This document shows positions 13,125 through 24,620 of a stretch of 64,000 bases of DNA, piece by piece. The translations under genes and the position numbers were made by a program. The DNA is taken from positions 49,352,001 to 49,416,000 of the forward strand of contig CM060732.1 of assembly GCA_030704615.1 (NCBI GenBank). Reading direction: 5' to 3'. The notes beneath the pieces are model-generated. The model searched no databases, was not told the origin of the DNA, and saw nothing but the letters and a program-made list of their open reading frames with translations. The DNA comes from Takakia lepidozioides. Taxonomy: Eukaryota; Plantae; Bryophyta. Each line of letters begins with the position of its first letter. Position 1 is the stretch's first letter.

Positions 13125-13293
13125 TCTTGTACTAGGACCAGTATGGTATGTAAAAAACTTGATGTAAAAAACTTGATACCAGTCCAACACTGGTGTATAC
13201 TTGATGGAGCTCTTTGGGGTTGAGTTTCTTTTCCCACTTAGGGGCCTCCGTCCATAAGCAAATTGTGTTTTCTTTTTTGTTTTGAAATTTTGG

Positions 13294-13985
13294 GAAATGA
13301 AATGAAATGGTGCTTTATAACGTCCGCGGAACGCTCATAGAGCTTATGGGACAAAATGGAAAGAAAAACATGAGAGAAAACAAGAAACCAAAGTCAGAGA
13401 TAGGAACTATTGTTCGAGTGATTGTCTAAGGGTGAATGCCTCGTGCAGGTAGGCTACCAAGCATTTCTGATCTTCGTAGTGAAAGACTTCAGTGAGAGAT
13501 TGGGTTCCATGGAATAGAAAATGGAATCTCCCACGGATCTCATAGTATAGAGGGCAATAGAAGAAGAAGAGTTCTTCAGTTTTAATTTCCTGGTTGCGCC
13601 CTGTGCAAGCTGGACAGAGGCGGTCCTCCCGCTGCAGGTTTTTCTATCTGTCAGTCTCTATCCGTAGGTTGTGGGAGCCCACCCTAAGCCTCCCTAAAGC
13701 CCTCATAGGAGAAGGAGATAAAGAGGCCGAAAGGTAATTGGGCCGCAAGATTCTATCATCTCGAAGTTTCTCGATAGAAATGGAGCTTTGTCGTGAGGTT
13801 GGGTAACTTCCAAGTTCTCCTGACACGTAGCTCCATGAGCTCCTTTCTAATGAGTTGGTTGCGGTCATGCTTGGATGTGATGTCCACCCCTTTTGGGTTC
13901 GCTGGCAATAGTGAAGCAATAGAGAGTCCATGGCGTTCAAAAAAGGTATCCACACAAGCATAATCGGAGAAAGACCGCTGGAAGG
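13294..13985 (-). mobile_element. 5'-truncated non-LTR retrotransposon (RTE-X-like LINE) 3' end
   Basis: Degenerate ORF2 C-terminus LRVGSHNLRIET..REDRLCPAC..EELFFFYCPLYYEIR, followed by a short 3' UTR and a (CATTT)3 tail. A second copy lies at 23572-23912. Confidence 0.75.
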
Positions 13986-14473
13986 GCCAAAGATTTATTT
14001 TAAAATTACGAGGAAAAAGTAACCTCATAGAAGTGTGTTAGTTTCTAGATAAATGTTTCACTGTTTTTCTGCTTTTCATATTACTAGTGTGGGATCAATT
14101 TGTTAATTTATACCATGTTTGCTGTTTTTCAATGTGTATATATGTTGTGCTTCATGAAATTTACATTGTCAGCTTGATTGAGGTCTTCAAAATAGAGGAC
14201 CCCAATCAATTTGAATAGATGACCTCGAGAATTTACTGAAAATGGACCTCATGCAGACTGCAGACGTAATAATTTGTTTCATTCTTCTTTCCAATGGGCC
14301 AATGGATCTGTGTCCCCATTGACAAGTTGATTTTGTTCGTTGTCCCTCATGGCTCTCATGTATGTAAGTGAAATGTTTATGCTATAGTTTGATCTCAACC
14401 ATCATCATGTGAGGATGTTGCATGCATGTCTATTTTGTAATTTGTAGATGCAAATGTGGGAGGGAGCATATAG

Positions 14474-14960
14474 GTACAGTAGTAGACAAGGATATCTGCC
14501 ATCCCTAACAACGATTTCTTCTGGTGCAACCATGCAGCCATTGTGTGTTTCCTCTCATCACCCGACTGGACTTGTGTAGCAAGGATCTTGAAACTTGTTA
14601 ACATCCATATTTTGAGCACTGGTTCATCACAACCAGCTACCTGGTTTCAAATAGTTGGATTTGATGTGGTAGTATAAGATCACTTTGAGCAGTTGCACCT
14701 CCTCTTTCTTATATGTGTGACTATCATGTAGATTAACCTAGTTTGTTGGGTTGCACATATACCTCATATATTGTCTTACCTAATAGTTGTTGTCTCTTGT
14801 GAACCTAGCAGTACATGTGATGCAAACAATGTATTTTTGTGCATCTAAAGAGGATTGCATGCAGGAAACTACGAGGCCAACACATTACCATGTCCTAATC
14901 AATGAGAACAATTTCACAGTTGATGATTTGCAACAATTGACAAACAATCTTATGTATACT
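14474..14960 (+). pseudogene. Argonaute PIWI-domain fragment (two consecutive exons, AGO4/6/9-like)
   Basis: Exon 14474-14545 reads GTVVDKDICHP[fs]NNDFFWCNHAAIV and exon 14865-14960 reads [32 protein letters not shown]. Each follows an AG acceptor at the usual plant AGO exon boundaries. Confidence 0.85.
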
Positions 14961-14986
14961 CTCTAAGTTATATACATTGGTGATGG

Positions 14987-17900
14987 GTGAAATTGCCATT
15001 TGCAAATTTCATGATCAAAGGCAAGCCTTCACAATGCACTACAACAGACAAAGGTACTTCAACATTACTCGCTCAATATCAAGATTTCAAAGATGTATTC
15101 GAGAAAAAAAATGCAGACATATTGCCAGAACATCGACCTTATGACTGTGCAATTGAGTTACAAGAATGAGCCCAACCACCATTCGGCCCAATCTATAACT
15201 TATCCCAGACGGAGTTGGCTGCATTACGCGAATACATTGATGAAAATTTGTCAAAGCACTTCATCCGACATTCCAAATCACCCGCGGGGGCGCCTATTTT
15301 GTTTGTGAAGAAAAAAGACGGATCATTATGCATGTGTGTCAACTATCGTGGTCTCAACAAAATCACAATCAAGAATCATTATCGGTTGCCGCTGATTTCT
15401 GGGCTTTTCGACCAGCTGGGACGAACGAAGATTTTCACCAAAATCGACTTGAGATGAGCTTATAACCTTGTACGGATAAAAGAATGAGACGAATGGAAAA
15501 CAACTTTTCGAACAAGGTATGGACATTTTGAATACAGTGTTATGCCTTTCGGTCTTACAAATGCTCCAGCAATTTTCCAACATATGATGAATGACATCTT
15601 TCGAGAATTTTTAGATGACTTTGTAGTCATCTATTTGGACGACATTTTGATATTTTCACAGAACGAAGAAGAACAAGGCCGCCATGTACGCCGTATCCTT
15701 GATAAATTTAGATAAAGATGACTATATGCCAAGTTGAAAAAATGTTTTTTTCATCAATCTGAGGTCGAATTTCTGGGCTACATTATTTCCGACATAGACG
15801 TCTTTATGGATCAGAAGAAAATATAAACCATGATCGAGTGGATTAAACCAACTTCGGTCCGAGTTGTTCAATGTTTTCTGGGTTTTACAAATTTCTATAG
15901 AATTTTCATCAATGACTACTCCAAAATTGTTGCACCATTGACACGACTCACAGGAAAGGACAAATTTGTATGGGACGAGAAGGCTGACCAGACATTTGAA
16001 AGGCTGAAGCAGGCATTTACAACGGCTCCAATATTGGTACATGCAGACCCATCTAAACCATTCTTCTTAGAAGTAGATGCATCGGACTTTGCACTTGGCG
16101 CGGTACTCTCACAAAACGGTACAGATGGCCGACTCCACCCTGTTGGTTTTCGGTCTCGCAAATTTTCCGCTGCGGAGATCAATTATGAAATCCATCACAA
16201 AGAACTTCTAGCGATTATCGATGCTTTTGAGGAGTGACGTCATCTATTGGAGGGAGCTAAACATCAGGTCACTGTCTATATCGAATACAAAAACCTCAAA
16301 TATTTTATGAGTGCTCGTGTTTTGAATCGACGTCAAGCGAGATGGAGTATGTCACTAGCAAGGTTTGATTTTGTTATTACCTACCATCCCGGACATATTC
16401 AAGGAAAACTAGATGCTCTTTCTCGACGATCGTATCTTGCGCCAAAGGAAGGGGATGCAGTTTTTGACCAACAGAAATCCATCATCTTAAAATCAGCAAA
16501 TCTCCAATTGAATATACTATCAATGTCCACCTATGACGATGCCGAGATCATAAAGGAGATTCAGGAAGCACTGGAGAGCGATCAATTCGCTATGACACTA
16601 CGAAGTCAACTAAATCGACCTCGAGACAACCCACATGTTACAAACGACTTCGAGTTCAAAGATGACTTACTTTATTTCAAGGAACTTCTCTATGTACCTC
16701 CAGGACCTACACGACTTCGAATTCTTCAAACATGTCATGATCTTCCGGCTACATGACAGTTCGGCTTCAACAAAACAATAGAATTGATATCCAAGGACTA
16801 TTGGTGGCCGCAGATGTGGAAACTCGTAAAAGAATTTATAAAATTTTGCGACACGTGTGCTAGAGCGAAGGGACCACGACATCGGCCTTACGGCTTTCTT
16901 CAACCATTATCCATTCCCAAGGGTCCATGGTCGTCCGTGTCTATGGACTTTATTACGGACCTTCCAATCTTCAAGACCACGGATTCGATCCTTATTATTG
17001 TAGATCGTTTTACGAAGATGACACATTTCATTCCATGTAATAAGACAGTTACCGGCGAGGAAACTGCAAGACTCTTCCTCAATAATATCTACCGCATTCA
17101 TGGACTCCTGAAGGACATCGTATCTGATCGAGGACCACAGTTCATATCAAATTTCTGGAGGGGATTATTTCACATATTGGATACTAAGATCAACATTTCT
17201 ACAGCTAATCATCCACAAACTGATGGTCAAACCGAACGTGTAAACCAGATTTTGGAGCAGTATCTTCGTTGTACGATAAATTATCACTAAGATAATTGGA
17301 CGGACCTTCTGTCATTGGTTGAGTTTGCCTACAACAACACTATACATTCTTCGACCCAACAAACTCCATTTTTCTCCAATTATGGTCATCATCCTCGAAC
17401 AAACCTATTCCACATGAAGACTGTTGGAAGCCCTGCTGCAGAAAACCTTGCTACTCATCTTGCTACGATTCACAAGGAGCTTACATTCCACCTCGCAGAA
17501 GCTCAAAAACAATACAAGGAGTATGTAGATCAACGTCGCCAACTTCAACCCCAGTTCAAGGTCGGAGTCGCATGAACCAGATACATTCGAGTTGTCGCTT
17601 ACCCAGCTACCAGATCAGCCGTTCCGACTCTCACGACCTTCAACATCACGCCGACGCTCTCGAGACGATGGGCCACCAATGCGACGCGTACTTCCTCGTC
17701 TGGACCCCGTACGACGGTAAGTGGAGCCTACTCGAAGTCTGATAATTCTGTTGGAGGTTGAGGCTTCGAACTCAGAGGACAACAAAATCATGTTTGAAGA
17801 CAGTTTCGAAAATCAGAATGCTCAAATCACTGCGTGGTCTCAAGTTCAAGGTGTTGGACACTATCGATGGTTGCAGGGACCTATAAATCATTTGAGTCAA

Positions 17901-18647
17901 GAACGAAGAGCCGAATACTTGGCAAGTACCATTCGTTGGATTTTGGATTTTCTTCAACTTTAAGCAAGTCCAAGATTTTACCGCTCCTCGAGGAACTCGG
18001 CGCTAGAGGAGGGGGTGATGTCACGGACATAGCCCAGAAGAACTTACCACGAATAAATACCAAAAATTACCAAGTTACCATGTTACCAAAAGTTACAATA
18101 ACTTACCGTGATTTATTATGATCTACCATGATTTACCATTACTTATCAAGTTACCGGGAGTTTACCAAATTACCAAGAGTAACTTGGGAAACTGCTCAGG
18201 AAGCTTCATTTGGAGGAAACTTCTCTATCAAGACACCTCATTTGTTTAAGGAAACTTCTCCATCAAGAAACCTTTGTTTAATCTTGGAAACTTTTCCAAC
18301 AAACAACCTCCATAGGGGAAGCTTCTTAGGGAAGCTTCTTAGTAGCCAGCATATATAGGAGGCGAGACTTGACACTCTTCAGTCTCGCCAACACCAGTTC
18401 AAGCTACTCTTGTTTCCAATTCCCAGTACCTTAGCCCAGTTTCCAGTATCTGGTACTCCAGTCCAGTTTCCATTCCAGTATTCAAGTCGTGTTCCAATAT
18501 CTTGTACTCTTGTTCATTGTTATAAAGATCGTCTTAATTTCTATTTACTCATCGTGCATTCGGCCACGCCGACCTTGACTTCTTGTCTAGCCTTGTACCT
18601 CTAGTCTTATCTCTTATTTGTGTTCAGTCATGTTCTCGTCCTTGACA
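14987..18647 (+). mobile_element. 5'-truncated Ty3/gypsy LTR retrotransposon (Tcn1-like chromovirus): RT-RNaseH-integrase, PPT and 3' LTR
   Basis: A single pol frame with in-frame stops carries [44 protein letters not shown] and HPQTDGQTERVNQ. PPT agaggagggggtga precedes the LTR at 18019-18647 (TGTCA...TGACA). Confidence 0.92.
18019..18647 (+). repeat. 3' LTR of the gypsy element
   Basis: TGTCACGG starts directly after the PPT and the LTR ends TTGACA. It contains internal TTACC-rich repeats and a TATA-like tatatagg near 18352. Confidence 0.8.
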
Positions 18648-19246
18648 CTATGATGACATGGACATTGCAACATATGACTGTTAGTATTCACGACTACGCG
18701 TGGCGATTGCTGGTTACCTAAGGAATGTCTATGTGGAAAATGCAAAGATAAATAGATGAAATAGAACGAGATGTGACAGCAAATGACGACGTGTCTACAT
18801 ATCATTGCTCGCATGGTTGAAATATTATGGTGTATTGGATGCAAGTGCATCTAATGACTGCAAATGATACGACTTCGAGGGTGACGTGGACTTATTGGTG
18901 ATTTATTTTAAACTCCACAATTATATTTTAAATTCATGTGATTTGAAATATATATTAGTGATTAACTACTCATTTAATGACTATGAATATATTTATATAT
19001 ACAAATATATAAAGCTAAAAATACCTTCACATATTAACATGGAATATAGAATTATTTTATATATTGTTAGGGTGCAAAACGTTCAAAAACTTCAAAAGGT
19101 TGGCTCGAATTTAGGGTTGCTAGGTCGCAGAGTGCAGGGCTGCGACTTAGCATTTTTGGGGGTCTGCGTCTTCTTCTTAGTGCCAAAACATCGTGATAGC
19201 AGGCCGTGTTTCAAACTCTACGAGTGCACCGTGGCCGCTCTCACAG

Positions 19247-19406
19247 ACCTATCCGACATTACCTGACTATAGACACAAACAACACACACAAGAGGTCATA
19301 TTGCGTTCATGGTCAGTCGAATCCTCCATGGGTCAAGACACAAGGTCGAGGACAATGTGGTGAGGGCACCTTACTCTTCGACCTATTTCAGCCTGTTTTG
19401 CCCTCT
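19247..19406 (+). pseudogene. OSB-type PDF-motif exon fragment (5' part)
   Basis: After acceptor tcacag it reads TYPTLPDYRHKQHTQEV..[fs]VHGQSNPPWVKTQ, resembling the OSB NP..PDFKHK..GEALW...PPWV motif. It is cut at an insertion starting TGTAGTG. Confidence 0.7.
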
Positions 19407-22400
19407 TGTAGTGTGAATGCAAGGGAGTGACATTCAAATTTTTGTTGCATTTCTACAAAGGAAGGGCCCTGGTACGAGTGTGAAAATAGGTTGAGTTGTC
19501 CCTGCGATTTATTCCATCCATGTTTCTAAGTTGCATCATGGGGACGATGGGGAACTCTTGGCCAGGATGAAAACTTTTAAGCGTCTTGCAAATTTATTTC
19601 ATCTATGCAATGGACGGAATTCATCCCTGCCTACATATTATTTCATGGGCACACTGTGATCATACTTAGCCAAGATGAAAGTGACTAAGTCGTGTGACCA
19701 TGCGTATTTTCATCCGGAGGATGAACGGATTACATCCATGCTTACTGGGAGACTCACGGGAATGGTCAAGACCTATAATTGCATTTCTGAAAGAGTAGTC
19801 ATCCATCACTACAACAGATCCTGGCTTTTACGTCTGCTATTTTCCAGTCGTATCAGCCTTTTATGACTGTGTCAGATCATAGTCGGGTGATCAGTACATC
19901 CTCCACTCCTCGATCTCAACATCGTGCCCCCGCCTAAACTCATGGTAATCATCCATGGGCGGCCCCGGAAGGTGCTGAAACAGCCCCTTCCATGCCATAA
20001 AACGCGTAAACAGTTGTAGATTGCACATTTGCTGCAAGTCACACCAACTATCAAACTCTTGGATAAAATCATCCAACTCAATGGTGCCCATCGCCCCAGA
20101 GTACCTTCGTGGCCCCTTGGTAGCTCCATACATCTCCTCCATTGTGTCCCACAACAATGGCAAGGAAACAACTTGCACCGCCGGTGTGAGTCATCCTGAT
20201 TCACAATCCGAATCAGAACCTTCCGTAGAAGACACAGGAGGTGAAGGTGGCCTAAATAACACACCTCGTCTCGTATACCGCTAGTATCGCTAGTGCTCGT
20301 ACCGGCACTTTCCCCAGCAACTAGTGGCACCTCCGTGTTGACAAACTGACACTCAACCAGTCATGAATATGTTCCTAAACCCCTCTCCACAAGGTAACCG
20401 GGTAGAGAACTTGATGCAGCTTATGGTTTGGAATACTAGGTTCTTAACATAGCCTGCACATGCACCTGCACCTGCATCCACCGCAGGCACTTCCATGGTT
20501 GCCCGGTCATCACCTCCAACCTCGCCATAGGAGAAATAAAAATGGTCTTACTGGTCATCAACCCAGCCTCACCATTGACAGAATACTCTAGGGTTGAATT
20601 GGCGATCAAGCCCAAGTCAACCACCTATAAAATCAAACGCCCACACAAAACTAGCATGGTGCAGAATCAAGCATGCAGGTGTGGAGGGGATCCAAACACA
20701 AGAATGAAAACAACAATTCCTCCACACCAAAAACAACTCCACAGTGTCGCTCCTCCAACCCAGCCCAAACCCAGACTGACTCTTGCCTCAACCTACGCAA
20801 AGGTCTCGGCCTACAGAGAAGGTGGAAAACTACGAGGAAGGTAAGCTAAAACAATGCCTATCCCCAGCACGCTCTCATCCCAACACCCTCTTTTTCCCTC
20901 TCTTCTCACTTGCATAACCATGAGAGCATCCTGTAGACACTCCTCAAACCGCCCTCCACGAGCTCATGAAACTTGGCCTCCAAGGCCCCATGCAAGTCTC
21001 CACAGGGTCCGCCAATGCCTCCTTACGTCCACCAGCCATTCCTCAGAATGGAACCACCTCAGGAAACCACGCCATTCACTGAAGGTTAAAAAATGGAGCA
21101 AATAGAGGTACATATAGGCCCCAACAACATTCTGTCCAAAGGAATTACCTGCAGGCTGGTCTCCCCCATAGTTAAGAATTGGGTTGAAAACCCGAAAAGA
21201 CTACCTGTAGGGAAGTAATCCCCTTTGTTAAAACGCAACAGGGAGGCAATTCTGACTTTTTTGCCGGATCAGCTAGCTCAAAACCGTTGTTCTTCAGAGC
21301 CCAGCCTCCCCATCAAAGTCCCACGAAACCAGTGAAAAAAATAATAATAAAAATAAAATAAAATAAAATAAATTTGTTTTTCACTATGCCTGTTCGCGGC
21401 CTTCCGTGGCTCTAACCGCCACGACTCCTCACAGCCCGCCCTAGGCGCTCGTTGGCCACGAGTTGCCCCGTGATACCCCGTGGTACCACGCCCACGAGCC
21501 TTCAGGGCCCGCCATCCCCACGATCTGGTCACCGTGCCAACCCGTGGTGTCCGTACCACTGCTTCCCACGGTCACTGTCAACGGTCACGGTCAATAGTCA
21601 CGGCCTGGGCTTGTGGTATCTCGTGATACCGCCCCAACGGCCCATCACGGCCACTGTTTCCTGCGTTCCCTGGAACTCCCAACGAGTTCCCATGCGTTCC
21701 TGGGCGTTCCCACGCGTTCCTGAGCTCTCGCCGAGCTATGGCTTCTGCAAAGCCACCAGACCTGCTGCCATGCTCTCTTGGGCTCTCACGACCCACCAGA
21801 GGCACCCTAAACTCAACAAGCAAGCAATATGCTGCCCAACAAGCTCCATTTCTTCATGAAGCTCACAAAAACGAATCTGAAAATACACACCTTTACAAAC
21901 TTGGTGCACCTGCATTTCTCATGCATATCCCATGGCTCTAGGGCGCCTTGTTGCTGCCCTTTCAGCCCCGCTCTTGCCACTCCAAGAGCCCTTACACTGC
22001 TGAGTTTTAGATTGAAACTCCAACTTAGCACATGTTTCACAAGTGCACTGATTTGCATACAAGAGGGACCAGCCCCCTCTCTTCACTTATACCTTTTCAT
22101 GAGCTTGGAGCTGAAGCTCCCAACGGGCTGCGATGCATCCCCTCGCAGCTCCACCATTCGGCTGCTCCTCATCTACCCGCAACAACTAGTTTCGGCCAGA
22201 AATACCTGGAGCTGATCATATCATCTCCAACCTGCAACATGCTAGCTTCCCATGCGCAGCCCACATTTCTGTAGCTCCTTAACTCGGCCTGCAGCTGAAG
22301 AAGACGATCACCAGTTCGCCCACTCGTGGCCATCATCTTCTCCGCTTCACACTAGAAGCCCAAACTTGGTTGCCATAGCGTTGAGCTATGCAACGCCGCT

Positions 22401-22715
22401 CTTCAACATAGGCTACCCGCCTCTCTATCCATTGCAAACCTACAACCTGTTCACCTTTGCATTCTATCCACTTTGGATAGACTCATGCACGGATCCCTGC
22501 ACTCTAGGCTGAACCGCTTCTCATGATCTGAAAACACAAGTGCTACAACTAACTCGAACATGGCACTCACAGACTCAAGTTCATCTTTCTTGAGTGATAA
22601 AGAAAGAATGATACAAGCACACAAGCTCTCTCAAACTCACACACTTGCACATGAAAACATCACTCATATTAAGTCGAGCCAAGTGCATCCCATGCCATGG
22701 GGAATCCACACTACA
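19407..22715 (-). mobile_element. Degenerate LTR-retrotransposon-like insertion with a gag remnant
   Basis: Termini are TGTAGTGTG (19407) and CACACTACA (22715). The minus strand at ~19870-20180 encodes IELDDFIQEFDSWCDLQQ..AWKGLFQHLPGPPMDDYHEF, which is gag-like. The element may be composite. Confidence 0.55.
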
Positions 22716-22864
22716 GCGCCATAGCTAGACGCGGTGCTCAACTCGAGAAAGATGAGCCCACCGCGATCTGCCATGAAGATAACAACGCCAGGTACCCAAA
22801 CATATATTGGCCCCTGGATTGACACTTGGGTCAATCCCAAATGTCAATATATAAAAGCTAGCTA

Positions 22865-22997
22865 TTTCCTAGCTAATTTCACACTAGTGGTAACATAACT
22901 TGATAAGTTATTGAAACTCAAATCCAGCCAATCCAACAGCGGAAATGAACCCAATGAAGATGGTATCTGCCCCATAAGTTGATTGCCATTTAGAGCT
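22865..22997 (-). pseudogene. LRR receptor-kinase exon fragment
   Basis: After acceptor tgtacag it reads ALNGNQLMGQIPSSLGSFPLLDWLDLSFNNLS, a plant extracellular LRR consensus. Confidence 0.75.
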
Positions 22998-23307
22998 CTG
23001 TACACACATAAAGCAAACAAATAAACATTCAGCATCAAATCCACACAATATCTCAATAGAAACTTCCAAGTGTGCACAAGTCGTAGCTGGGGTCATCATA
23101 GCATGCCATCTACATGAGCTGCAGTGTCATCCGCGGGTAGACAAACTGATTCTACCGACGACCATATACTCAACTTGTCATTCGACTCTGCAGACCAGCC
23201 AAAGAAACTTGACGCTTATTCCCTTCTTTGAATGAGAAGAAGATCAACCAATGTGTGTGCCGAAGCTCCTCATGTGCTGAAGTGAAAGCTGTTGAGAGAA
23301 ATAATAC

Positions 23308-23420
23308 CTCATGCGTGTAGCTCTTGAGGGGGCACAGTGAAAGATCGACCAAGCCCGAGGTCCACAATTTTGAGGGTAAGGCTTTCCTTATCCACCAGCA
23401 AATTTTGCGGCTTGAGATCC
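23308..23420 (-). pseudogene. B-type cyclin-dependent kinase exon fragment
   Basis: An AG/GT-bounded exon reads DLKPQNLLVDKESLTLKIVDLGLGRSFTVP[+1 fs]LKSYTHE. DLGLGR..TVPLKSYTHE is typical of CDKB. Confidence 0.85.
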
Positions 23421-23571
23421 CTGCCATCTCCCCATGATTCGGTCATTTGATGTGACGTGCAGTAGGCATTGCAATGAAATGCAATGCTAAGATCAGACGG
23501 AGAACTACGCAGTAGTGTGGTAGGAATAAGCAATAAAGAAATCTTGGAGTGTTTCAGAAGAACAAATGAAA

Positions 23572-23912
23572 TGGTGGGTTCCCACAACCTGCGGATAGAG
23601 ACTGGCAGATGGGAAAACGTGCAACGGGAGGACCGCCTATGTCCAGCTTGCATAGGGCGCAGCAAGGAAATTGAAACTGAAGAACACTTCTTCTTCTACT
23701 GCCCTCTGTAATACGGGATCCGTGGGAGATTCCACTGTTTATTCAGTGGAACCCAAACTGTCATTGATGTCTTCCACTATGAGGATAAAAAATGCTTGGC
23801 AGCCTACCTGCACGAGGCCTTCACCCTTAGACAATCGCTAGAACATTAATTGTGCTTTCTGGATTTGTTCCTCTCTCATGTTCTTCCATTTTGTCCCATA
23901 AGCTCTATGAGC
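23572..23912 (+). mobile_element. RTE-X-like LINE 3' fragment (second copy)
   Basis: Encodes VGSHNLRIETGRWENVQREDRLCPAC..EEHFFFYC and shares its 3' UTR (ttgtcccataagctctatgagc) with the 13294-13985 copy in opposite orientation. Confidence 0.75.
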
Positions 23913-24099
23913 TTTAACAAATTTAGCCCACAGAAAATTGTTGTAAAAAAATGATTCCAACCTACAAATAATAACGAACCCAAGCATTGCTGGTGCAGTG
24001 ATTGCCACAGTTCCTTATTCATAACAAAGCTACAGTTGAGAACACTCCCTGAAAAGATGGACAAATTTCTTCACATCGTACATTAAGAAAAAGCCACAC

Positions 24100-24620
24100 C
24101 TTGCGATTGCGGTTGTCCCACCATCGTGAAGGATCTTTCACAAACTCATGCCAGCTCTGCTTCGTGCTGCAACTTCAGGGCTAAGTCTGATGAGAGCGCA
24201 AGACAGGCTGAAATAGGTCGAAGAAGAAGGTGCCCTCACCACATTGTCCTCGACCTTGTGTCATGACCCATGAAAGATTAACCAAGAGGACCTCTTGTGT
24301 GTGTTGTTTGTGTCCGTAGTCAGGTAACGTCGGATTGGTCTGTAAGAACCACCACGGTGCAACTGAGCGGGCAGAGATTGAAACACGACCTGCTAAGACA
24401 AAGCTGACTCTCCCAAGAACCTTGTAAACATCAAGAAGAATACCAAATCATGGTCCTAACAGGAGCCGAGATTCCACATTTGCAGGATGGACAAACTTCT
24501 TCACAACGTACATTAAGAAAAAGTCACACCTTCCTATTGCTGTTGTCCCACCATCGTTAAGGATCTTTCAAAAACTCATCCCAGCTCTGCTCCGTGCTGC
24601 AAATGCAAGTATGATGAGAG
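24100..24620 (-). pseudogene. OSB-type PDF-motif exons (continuation, inverted)
   Basis: Exon piece 24620-24530 reads QSWDEFLKDP*RWWDNSNRK|gt. Exon 24339-24100 reads ag|TNPTLPDYGHKQHTQEV...QSWHEFVKDPSRWWDNRNRK|gt with internal stops. Confidence 0.75.

Noticed and set aside
15167-16756. UGA=Gly recoding in the retrotransposon
   Set aside because: Other stops and missense lesions are present, and the same change hits a Lys codon, so mutation or artefact is more parsimonious.
19404-19413. TCTTGTAGTG read as a CACTA/En-Spm terminus
   Set aside because: Homology with the intact sister exon shows the insert begins at TG, and no matching 3-bp TSD was found.
24115-24127. snRNA USE-like GTCCCACCATCG (also at ~24545)
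   Set aside because: It is the reverse complement of the RWWD codons, with no TATA or snRNA downstream.
24186-24215. CTGATGA...GAAA hammerhead ribozyme core
   Set aside because: Stems I and III do not form, and the sequence is antisense to an OSB exon.
19197-24395. 200-bp inverted repeat read as Pack-MULE TIRs
   Set aside because: There is no 9-bp TSD, and the repeat is coding OSB PDF-motif sequence explained by an inversion.
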